A DNA stretch of 49,154 nt, taken from the NCBI GenBank assembly GCA_052386775.1, contig JBQTJV010000002.1:1-49154 (forward strand), read 5' to 3'. The position numbers and the translations under genes were made by a program. The DNA is from Betaproteobacteria bacterium (lineage in GTDB: Bacteria; Pseudomonadota; Gammaproteobacteria; Burkholderiales; SG8-41). A model generated the notes under the pieces. It ran no database searches, had not been told where the DNA came from, and worked only from the letters and a program-made list of their open reading frames with translations. Below are positions 38,678 to 46,217 of this stretch, piece after piece (positions within the stretch are counted from its first letter, which is position 1; the number at the start of each line of letters is the position of its first letter).

Positions 38678-39616
38678 TCAATGGGTGCTCTTCCCGTCGG
38701 TGCGCTTCTTCGTCGCGATTTCCTTTGCCATCGCCCGCAGGATTTCGATGAACCGCCTGGCTACGGGAGAGAGGTAGCCGTCTTTTCGGTACACCGCGGA
38801 GACCGAACGTATCCATTTTGCGTCCTTGACGGGCAGGATTCTGAGCCCGAGCTTGTCCGTATGGGGCTCCACGCTTCGCCTCGGAGCGATGCCGAGCATA
38901 TCGAGCGTGGCAACCATCTCCCGGTTCAGCGCACCCGCGTCCGATACAACGGCGAATTTTGGTGGAGGCAGGCCCCGCTCTTCGAATGTGCGCTGCAGCG
39001 AATTCCACGCCAGAATTCCACTCGCCGCCGTCGCAGCCCACCTTTCGTTCGCAAGATCAGCCAGCCTAATGATCTTGCACTTGGACAACGGGTGGCGTAC
39101 GGACGCGTACACCACGAATTCGTCGTCCCACAACGCCTCCCGAACGAGACCTTCGCGCGGCGCGTCCGACATCTGGCTCACGACGACATCGAACTCGCCC
39201 TTGCGCAGCTCCTTGAGCAGCGCATCGGTGGATGCCGCGATCGAGATGTCGAGCGTGACCTGGGGCGTGTCCTTCAGCAACGTCCTGGATGCGTTCGGGA
39301 GTATTTCATTGGCGATGACCGGACTCGTGCCGATGCGCAAATGCCCGGCTTGCCCCTTGGCAAGGTCGGAGATCTCGCGGGCAAGATCCGCGCGAGCGAG
39401 TTTTAACCTGCGCACGTGCGACAGCAGCGCGCTGCCCACGTCGGTCAGCTCGACGCCTTTCGGCGTCCGCTTCACGAGCTTGGCCCCCGCGGACGCTTCC
39501 AGCCGCCGCAGGCTCACGCTGAGCGCGGGTTGTCCCAATCCCAGCGCCTCGGCCGCCCGTCCGAGATGCCCGTGTTCCGCGATTACCGCGAAATACTCAA
39601 TGTCGCGAAGGTCCAT
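38678..39616 (-). CDS. LysR-family transcriptional regulator
   Basis: MDLRDIEYF..IAEHGHLGRAAEALGLGQPALS HTH, followed by a LysR substrate-binding domain. Confidence 0.95.
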   Translation of the reverse strand: MDLRDIEYFAVIAEHGHLGRAAEALGLGQPALSVSLRRLEASAGAKLVKRTPKGVELTDVGSALLSHVRRLKLARADLAREISDLAKGQAGHLRIGTSPVIANEILPNASRTLLKDTPQVTLDISIAASTDALLKELRKGEFDVVVSQMSDAPREGLVREALWDDEFVVYASVRHPLSKCKIIRLADLANERWAATAASGILAWNSLQRTFEERGLPPPKFAVVSDAGALNREMVATLDMLGIAPRRSVEPHTDKLGLRILPVKDAKWIRSVSAVYRKDGYLSPVARRFIEILRAMAKEIATKKRTDGKSTH

Positions 39617-39624
39617 AGATATTA

Positions 39625-39668
39625 TTCATTTTAATGAAGTCTCAAATCACAGACAATTGCATTAATGC
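39625..39668. promoter_or_regulatory. AT-rich divergent promoter region with LysR-type T-N11-A dyad
   Basis: TTCATT-TT-AATGAA (39625-39638) and palindrome GCATTAATGC (39659-39668) between the LysR and Bug genes. Confidence 0.5.
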
Positions 39669-39733
39669 GATGACGGCGTCAATATCGGCCAGAATCTTTG
39701 CCGGTATGGGCAAAGAGACCAACGGAGGGCGCC

Positions 39734-40705
39734 ATGAGTGCTTTGCCGAAAATCGGGATGATGAGTTTGCTCGCAGTCTGTGTCGCCGGGGTAACCAGTC
39801 CGTCGGCGGCGCAGGACTATCCAGCCAAGCCCGTCCGCATCGTAACCGGCCAGCCCGTTACGATAATGGACATCGTGAGCCGCCAGCTCGCGCAACGGCT
39901 TACCGAGCATTGGGGCCGTCAAGTCATCGTGGAAAACCGTGGCGGCGTGGGAAATTCCATGGCGCATGTCAGTCAAGCCACTGCCGATGGTTACACGCTG
40001 CTCGTCGCTGACAACGCGTCGCTTGCGATCCGCCAGCATATCTACCGCTCGCTTCGCTACGATCCGGAGCGGGATTTCGCGCCGATCGCCTTGCTCGCGT
40101 GCTCACCGAGTTTCCTGATTGTGCATCCCTCGGTTCCAGCGACCAATCTGGGCGAGTTCATCGCCTACGCGAAACGCCACCCGGGAGGCGTCGATTTTGC
40201 GAATGCCGGACCGTGGACCAACAATCATTTGACGGTGGAGCTTTTCAAGCGGCTGACCGGTATCAACGTCGTTCACGTGAGTTACAAGGGCGGCGGCGCG
40301 GCGACGGCGGCAATCGTCAGCGGCGAAACGAAAGCGGGATTCAGCACGCCGTTTATGTCCCTGCCGCACGTGAAAGCCGGCAGGGTCAAGGCCTATGCGG
40401 TGACCAACAGCAAACGATTCGCGGGCGCTCCTGAGATACTCACCAGGGCGGAGTCCGGGGCAGGTGCCTTCGTAACCACGTACTGGTTCGGGTTGCTTGC
40501 GCCCGCGCGTACCCCGCCCGCGTTGGTCAAGCGGCTCAATCTCGAAGTGGTCGACCTGCTGCAATCATCGGGGATGAAAGCCGCGCTGCTGGAGCAGGGC
40601 GCGGAACCCGGCGCGGGGACCCCAGAGGAATTCTCTGCTTTTATCCGGAGCGAGACCGAAAGGTTCAAGAAGGTCATCGAAGCCGCCGGTATCCGCCCGG
40701 AGTAA
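39734..40705 (+). CDS. Bug/TctC substrate-binding protein (probable LysR target)
   Basis: YPAKPVRIV, ENRGG, DGYTL, YKGGG and KKVIEAAGI; RBS GGAGG. Confidence 0.92.
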   Translation: MSALPKIGMMSLLAVCVAGVTSPSAAQDYPAKPVRIVTGQPVTIMDIVSRQLAQRLTEHWGRQVIVENRGGVGNSMAHVSQATADGYTLLVADNASLAIRQHIYRSLRYDPERDFAPIALLACSPSFLIVHPSVPATNLGEFIAYAKRHPGGVDFANAGPWTNNHLTVELFKRLTGINVVHVSYKGGGAATAAIVSGETKAGFSTPFMSLPHVKAGRVKAYAVTNSKRFAGAPEILTRAESGAGAFVTTYWFGLLAPARTPPALVKRLNLEVVDLLQSSGMKAALLEQGAEPGAGTPEEFSAFIRSETERFKKVIEAAGIRPE

Positions 40706-40709
40706 CGGT

Positions 40710-40865
40710 CTATTCTCCGATACCGTATCGGGCGGTCTCTATAAACGCCGGCAGCGGCGGCTCCGTGCCTGCAGGCAGCGGCGTGCGATCCACGTTGAGC
40801 GTCATAGAGACCATCACGTAGATAGCCGTTGACGGCGATGAGGTCATGACGCCGTGCGCGCCGCA
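40710..40865 (-). pseudogene. Frameshifted 3' remnant of a CMD-family gene (paralogue of 41791-42387)
   Basis: Reads GAHGVM/DLIAVNGY/YVMVSMTLNVDRTPLPAGTEPPLPAF with two 1-nt indels; 27-nt exact match 40774-40800 = 41828-41854. Confidence 0.85.
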
Positions 40866-40888
40866 CCGACGTTGCACAGGTGTAAGCT

Positions 40889-41023
40889 ATGGCTCACGAT
40901 GCCAGCGTGGTCGAAATCCGTGAGACGGCGCTATCCCTCGAAGGCAATCCAAATTTTGCGACGATCATGAAAGTCTGCAAAGCACGTGGGTTGAAGCTGC
41001 ACACCGAACCAGTCGACGCATAG
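40889..41023 (+). pseudogene. Truncated HI1420-type (Xre-HTH) addiction-module antidote fragment
   Basis: 44 aa MAHDASVVEIRETALSLEGNPNFATIMKVCKARGLKLHTEPVDA; ALS..GNP.F.TI.KV..A.GLKL is the C-terminal signature of that family. Confidence 0.7.
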
Positions 41024-41080
41024 CTGCAAAGAACTTGCACGGAGAGCGCGACGCCGGTGTCGGCTTTGGCGCCCAGTCCC

Positions 41081-41120
41081 TTGACCCCCGTCTGTCCGAT
41101 ATGTACACTTGTTCTGTACT
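41081..41120 (+). promoter_or_regulatory. Sigma70 promoter of the TA operon with overlapping TGTACA/TGTACT operator-like sites
   Basis: TTGACC(41081-86)-17 nt-TACACT(41104-09); TGTACA at 41102-07 and TGTACT at 41115-20. Confidence 0.65.
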
Positions 41121-41135
41121 CATGGGAAAACGACA

Positions 41136-41375
41136 ATGGAAACGGTTAAAGTCACCGAGCTCAGGCAGAACCTGCCCGAATACCTCGCGAAGGTGAAGCG
41201 AGGCCGGCGAGTGCGGGTGACTTCGCGGGGCCAGGTGGTCGCTGAGCTTGCCCCCCCGTCCGCCACCAGCGAGGAGGTGGACGCGGCGCGCGCCCGGTTG
41301 CGCGGAAGCGTAGTCAAGTACGAGCGTCCGACCGAGCCGGTGATCGATCCCGGCGAATGGGACGTTAACAAATGA
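41136..41375 (+). CDS. Phd/YefM-family antitoxin
   Basis: METVKVTELRQNLPEYLAKVKRGRRVRVTSRGQVVAEL; ATGA overlap with the PIN toxin. Confidence 0.9.
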   Translation: METVKVTELRQNLPEYLAKVKRGRRVRVTSRGQVVAELAPPSATSEEVDAARARLRGSVVKYERPTEPVIDPGEWDVNK

Positions 41376-41767
41376 TCGTCCTGGACACCCACGTCTTGGT
41401 TTGGTGGGTGACGGGCGCTCCGGATTTGTCTACGCGTGCGAAACGCGCGATTCGGGCAACGGTGCGGCGGGAAGCGGCCGTCGCCTCTGCCATCAGCATA
41501 TTCGAGATCGCGACGGCGGTGCGCCGGGAGCGTCTGAAGTTTCGCGTATCACTGGACCAATGGCTGAGAGATTTGCGTTCTCTGACCGAACTCCAACTGG
41601 AGCCGGTGAGCGCCGACATTGCCCACCTTGCCGGCACGCTGGGGACCTCGCTGCCGGGTGATCCCGCAGATCGGATCATCGTCGCGACGGCGATCGGTCT
41701 GAAGGCCAGGCTGGTGACAGCGGATATCCGCCTCCAGAAATCGCAGCGTATTGAAACAGTCTGGTAG
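41372..41767 (+). CDS. vapC: PIN-domain (VapC-family) toxin
   Basis: MIVLDTHVLVW, SAISIFEI, DPADRIIVATA and LVTAD acidic active-site residues. Confidence 0.92.
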   Translation: MIVLDTHVLVWWVTGAPDLSTRAKRAIRATVRREAAVASAISIFEIATAVRRERLKFRVSLDQWLRDLRSLTELQLEPVSADIAHLAGTLGTSLPGDPADRIIVATAIGLKARLVTADIRLQKSQRIETVW

Positions 41768-41790
41768 CGAGCGGGCGGAGGCAGCGTACC

Positions 41791-42387
41791 TTACCTGCTC
41801 AACGCCGGCAGCGGCTTCGCACCTTCCGGCAGCGGCGTGCGATCCACGTTGAGCACCATCGACACCAGCCCGTAATAGCCGTTGACGGCGATCAGATCCA
41901 TGACGCCGCGCTCGCCAAAACGGTCCAGCGCCCGCTGGTAGGTCTCGTCGCTCACTCCGTGCGTCTCGTGCAACTCGTGCGAGAAGTCGTAAACGATCGC
42001 CTCCTCTTCGGACATCTTCGCCGGGCGGCGGCCGTTTGCGATGTCCTCGCCGATTGCGGGATCGAGCCCGGCCTCCAGCGCGAGGCGGTGGTGGGCCTGC
42101 CACTCGTAATGCGAGCTCCAGTGGCGCGCCGTGATGATGATTGCCAGTTCGTTCAGCTTCGATGGAATCGAGCTGCGAAAACGAATCTCCGCGCCGAGGC
42201 TCTGGATGATGTTGCCGATGTCGGGGCTGCGCAGAAACACGTTGAACGGCCCGACGAGCGGTCCCGGTTTCGCCGCGGCAGAGTTCTTCACCGAGCTGCG
42301 CGGGCCGGACTTGATCGCGTCGTAGAGCGCGCGCTGGTCGGCGTTGAGGTTTTCGAGGGGAATCTGCTTGAACCGCTGTGTCTGCAT
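41791..42387 (-). CDS. Carboxymuconolactone decarboxylase (CMD) family protein
   Basis: GPFNVFLRSP, ELAIIITAR, YEWQAH and FGERGVMDLIAVNGYY. Confidence 0.9.
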   Translation of the reverse strand: MQTQRFKQIPLENLNADQRALYDAIKSGPRSSVKNSAAAKPGPLVGPFNVFLRSPDIGNIIQSLGAEIRFRSSIPSKLNELAIIITARHWSSHYEWQAHHRLALEAGLDPAIGEDIANGRRPAKMSEEEAIVYDFSHELHETHGVSDETYQRALDRFGERGVMDLIAVNGYYGLVSMVLNVDRTPLPEGAKPLPALSR

Positions 42388-42531
42388 GGTGGGCTTTCCT
42401 GATCAGTGAATGCTTGTCGAAATGCTATGTGTTCGACGGCGAAGCTGTATTATCGCCGAAACACGGCCCTTTGAGACGTCTCGTTCTGATGGTGTTGCGG
42501 CGCTTACCGCTGAGCCTGTTATCGTAGCGGC

Positions 42532-43362
42532 ATGCTCGGTGTGCCGCTCAATGAACTGCTCTTTTTCCTCGCCGCCATTGCGGCGGGCGGCGTGGTGGCC
42601 GGGTTGCTCGCCGGCATGTTCGGCGTCGGCGGCGGTGTCGTCGTAGTGCCGGTGCTCTACGAGGTGTTCCGCCTGCTCGGCGTGCCGGAAGCCGTGCGCA
42701 TGCAGCTTTGTATCGGCACGTCGCTCGCGGTCATGGTGCCAACCAATATCCGTTCGTATCTCACGCATCGTTCGACCGGCGCGGTACTCACGAATGTGGT
42801 GAAGCAGTGGACGCCCGCCGCGATCGCCGGTATCGCCATCGGTGCGGCGGTTGCCGCAGTCGCGCCGTCGACGGTTTTCAAAATCGCCTTTATCGTCATC
42901 GCGGCGCTCATTGCCGCCAAGCTTCTGTTCAGCCGGCAATCGTGGCGGCTGGGAGACGACCTGCCGAAGCATCCGCTGGCACGCCTCTACGGCCTCGCGG
43001 TCGGGCTGATGGCCTCGCTTACCGGCGTCAGCGGCGGATCGCTTTGTACAATGGTGCTGACGCTCTACGGCAAGGGGATCCATCAGGCGGTCGCGACCTC
43101 CGCCGGCATCCTGGTGCCGATCACGCTCGCCGGCACGCTGGGCTATGCCGCCGCCGGTCTGCCGCACCAGGCGCAACTGCCGCCGCTGTCGATCGGCTTC
43201 GTGTCGCTGATCGGGTTTGCGCTGATGGCGCCGATATCGAGCATGACTGCTTCTTATGGCGCAAGAATGGCCCACGCGCTTTCGCGACGCGTGCTCGAAG
43301 TCGCTTTCGGGCTGTTCCTGCTCGCTGCGTCGCTGCGCTTTCTCGCCAGCCTGGTGTGGTGA
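42532..43362 (+). CDS. TauE/SafE-family (TSUP) sulfite exporter
   Basis: AGMFGVGGGVVVVP, IGTSLA, GVSGG and HQAVATSA; multiple TM helices. Confidence 0.92.
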   Translation: MLGVPLNELLFFLAAIAAGGVVAGLLAGMFGVGGGVVVVPVLYEVFRLLGVPEAVRMQLCIGTSLAVMVPTNIRSYLTHRSTGAVLTNVVKQWTPAAIAGIAIGAAVAAVAPSTVFKIAFIVIAALIAAKLLFSRQSWRLGDDLPKHPLARLYGLAVGLMASLTGVSGGSLCTMVLTLYGKGIHQAVATSAGILVPITLAGTLGYAAAGLPHQAQLPPLSIGFVSLIGFALMAPISSMTASYGARMAHALSRRVLEVAFGLFLLAASLRFLASLVW

Positions 43363-43377
43363 GATGGAAAAAACCGC

Positions 43378-44580
43378 TTGATCACGCGCCCGGAAAATCA
43401 GCTCTCCATTGCCCTGGGGGCGATGTTCCTGCAGCAGACGTTCGTCGCGCTCGGCAGGGCGCTGCCGGCGGTGATCGCGCCGGCGATCCTCACGGATCTC
43501 AGGATCGACGCGGTCTGGGTCGGCGTTTATTTCGGCCTGACCGCCGCCGCTTCGCTCGTCGCGCAGCTCGGCTGCGGCAGCTTCATCGTGCGCCACGGCG
43601 CCTTGCGCATGAGCCAGATCTCGCTCTTCATGCTTGCGGTCGGCACCGCACTGGCTGCGGTGGGAACGCCGGTGGCGCTCATCCTGTCCGCGATCATCTG
43701 CGGCGCGGGCAGTGCCGTATCCACACCGGCGAGCTCGCATCTGTTGGGGCGCGTCTCATCGCCACGCTACCTGCCGCTGGTGTTCTCGATCAAGCAGACC
43801 GCGGTGCCGGCAGGTCTGCTCCTGGCCGGTCTGCTCGGTCCGCCATTGACGGAATGGAAAGACTGGCGCTTCACGATGTTGCTCAGCGCGGTGGCGTGCG
43901 CTGTCTTCGCCCTGATGCTCCAGCCCCTGCGCCGCTCTTTCGACGACGACCGGGTGCCGACGCGCACTTTCCGGTTATCCGATTTCAAGTCGACCTTGAC
44001 GTCGGTGGTCGGAACGGCGGACCTGCGAGCCTTGTCCTTCGCCTGCCTGGCCTTCAACGGCGTGCAGGCGACGTTCACGGCGTATTTTGTCGTGTACCTC
44101 ACGACGATCGGCTACACGCCGGTCGCAGCGGGCTTTCTCTTTTCGGTGGCGGTGGCAGTCGCCGTGCCGGGCCGCATCGTCTGGGGCTGGCTCGGCAGCA
44201 GCTATGTCACCCCGCGCATGGTGATGGCGGGACTCGCCTTCGGCATGGCGGGCAGCGCAGCGCTTCTCGCACTGTCGAACGCGGGCTGGCCGACGCTCCT
44301 GGTCGGCCTGATTGCCTGCGTGCTCAGCGCCACGGCGTTGTCGTGGCACGGCGTGCTCTTGGCTGAAACCGCGCGCGCGGCGCCGGAAGGCATGCGCGGC
44401 GGCATCACCGGCGGCGTGCTGTCCTTCGGCCAGTTCGGTGCGTTGTCGCTGCCGCTCATGTATTCCGCGCTTCTCGACCTCACCGGCAGCTACGGCGTCG
44501 GCTTTATCGTGTGCGGCGTCCCCGCGCTGCTGGTCGGCGTGCAACTGCTCCGCCAGCGCGCTGCATCGCATGACACTTGA
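43378..44580 (+). CDS. MFS transporter
   Basis: About 12 hydrophobic segments; FSIKQTAVPAG, GRIVWGWL and E..P..MRG motifs; TTG start is uncertain. Confidence 0.88.
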   Translation: MITRPENQLSIALGAMFLQQTFVALGRALPAVIAPAILTDLRIDAVWVGVYFGLTAAASLVAQLGCGSFIVRHGALRMSQISLFMLAVGTALAAVGTPVALILSAIICGAGSAVSTPASSHLLGRVSSPRYLPLVFSIKQTAVPAGLLLAGLLGPPLTEWKDWRFTMLLSAVACAVFALMLQPLRRSFDDDRVPTRTFRLSDFKSTLTSVVGTADLRALSFACLAFNGVQATFTAYFVVYLTTIGYTPVAAGFLFSVAVAVAVPGRIVWGWLGSSYVTPRMVMAGLAFGMAGSAALLALSNAGWPTLLVGLIACVLSATALSWHGVLLAETARAAPEGMRGGITGGVLSFGQFGALSLPLMYSALLDLTGSYGVGFIVCGVPALLVGVQLLRQRAASHDT

Positions 44581-44847
44581 CGGGGCCTGAAAAGCGGGGA
44601 TACTGCCAAAAAAGTCCCGTCGCTTGCGGGTTACGAGGAGCCCCAAGCTTGCGCCCAGCCGCGTTTCGACTGATGTCGACCGCCGCCGTCACCACGGTCG
44701 CGGCGGGCCGCTGCATTTTCTCCGCGCCGCGGTATTTCATTCCTGAACTCCGCGGCTTCCGACCGGAAGCCTGCAATCCCATCGAACCTCGCCCGATCCC
44801 CGGATATAAATCAGCGCCGCAAACGGCGCATCACCAGGAGGATGACA

Positions 44848-45816
44848 ATGAAAACTCGCTATCGTGGCTGGCTGCTCTGCTTGATCTGCGGTTTGGCGTG
44901 GCTTGCGCCGGCGGAGGCGCAATATCCCACCCGCTCCATCCGCCTCGTCCTGCCGTTCCCGCCCGGCGGCGGCACCGATACGATGGCACGGGCGATGGGC
45001 ACCCGCCTCGGCGAAGCGCTGGGGCAGCAGGTCCTGATCGATAACCGCGGCGGAGGCGGCGCCAACATCGGCGCGGAAATCGCGGCGAAATCACCACCCG
45101 ACGGCTATACGTTGTTCATGGTGACCGTGACGCACACGATCAACGCGACCCTGTATCGCAGGCTCGGCTACACGCTCGTGAAGGATTTCGTTCCGATATC
45201 GCACCTCGGCAGCACGGCCTATGTGGTCGTGGTGCATCCTTCGTTACCGGTGACATCGGTCAAGGAGCTGGTCGCGCTGGCGAAGGCACGTCCGGGCGAG
45301 ATCTCTCACTCGTCATCCGGTACCGGCAGCGGCCCGCATCTAGCCGGCGAGCTGTTCAAGAGCACGACGGGGATCAAGATGCTGCACATACCTTTCAGGG
45401 GCGGCGGACCCTCGGTCATCGGGCTGGTGTCCGGCGAAGCTGCGGTCGGGTTTACAACGACACCTTCATGCATCGGTCAGATCAAGGCAGGCCGGCTCCG
45501 CGCGCTCGCGGTCAGCACCGCACAACGCTCGCCGTTCCTGCCGGACCTCCCGACGGTTGCGGAAGCCGGCGTTCCAGGCTACGACACCAGCGCCTGGTAC
45601 GCCCTGCTGGCGCCGACGGGCACGCCCAAGGAAGCCATCGAGCGACTGAACACGGAAACGGCCAAGGTCCTGACGCTGCCGGATGTGAAATCGCGGCTGG
45701 ACGCCACCGGCATGGTGGTCAACTACAGCGGTCCGGAGGAACTGGATCGCAAGATACACGATGAAATCGCGAAGTGGGCGAAAGTGGTAAAGGCGCTCGG
45801 CCTGACTGTCGATTGA
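44848..45816 (+). CDS. Bug/TctC substrate-binding protein
   Basis: YPTRSIRLVLPFPPGGGTD, DNRGGG, PDGYTL and KWAKVVK; RBS AGGAGG. Confidence 0.95.
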   Translation: MKTRYRGWLLCLICGLAWLAPAEAQYPTRSIRLVLPFPPGGGTDTMARAMGTRLGEALGQQVLIDNRGGGGANIGAEIAAKSPPDGYTLFMVTVTHTINATLYRRLGYTLVKDFVPISHLGSTAYVVVVHPSLPVTSVKELVALAKARPGEISHSSSGTGSGPHLAGELFKSTTGIKMLHIPFRGGGPSVIGLVSGEAAVGFTTTPSCIGQIKAGRLRALAVSTAQRSPFLPDLPTVAEAGVPGYDTSAWYALLAPTGTPKEAIERLNTETAKVLTLPDVKSRLDATGMVVNYSGPEELDRKIHDEIAKWAKVVKALGLTVD

Positions 45817-45916
45817 AATAAAGCGGACGCGGAATGGCGTCTGGCTGTACCGGACGCCGGCGGCGCTCGATCGCTGCAGGCTTCCGGCCAGTGCGCGCCG
45901 TATGCATCCGGCCACG

Positions 45917-46124
45917 AACCGGGCGGTCGCGACCTCCGCGGGATCTTCGTGCCGATCATGCTTCCCGGCACCGTCGTGTACATCCTCGCCGGTTTGCCGT
46001 ACCGGGAGCAATTTCCGGCGCTTCGCGTCGCTGATCGGTTTTGAGCTGATTGCGCCGGTGTCGAGCGTTGCCGCGTCCTACGGCACGAGAATGGGCCCGC
46101 GCACTGCCACGGCGGGCGCTGTAA
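45917..46124 (+). pseudogene. Frameshifted 3' remnant of a TauE/SafE gene (paralogue of 42532-43362)
   Basis: NRAVATSAG/IFVPIMLPGTVVYILAGLPYREQFPAL/FASLIGFELIAPVSSVAASYGTRM/ALPRRAL* aligns to HQAVATSAGILVPITLAGTLGYAAAGLPHQAQLPPL..FVSLIGFALMAPISSMTASYGARMAHALSRRVLE (43081-43299). Confidence 0.85.
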
Positions 46125-46217
46125 ACCGCGTTCGGTCCCTACCTCGGCGGATGCGCAGCTGCCATCGCTGGTCGAATAAAACTGCGGGAAAGGCAAGGAT
46201 GCTTGTAAACTCCCGCG

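Noticed and set aside
44581-44760. Possible gene remnant or small ORF (MKYRGAEKMQRPAATVVTAAVDIS) between the MFS and Bug genes
   Set aside because: Only a faint resemblance to a Bug YKG segment, with no convincing alignment.
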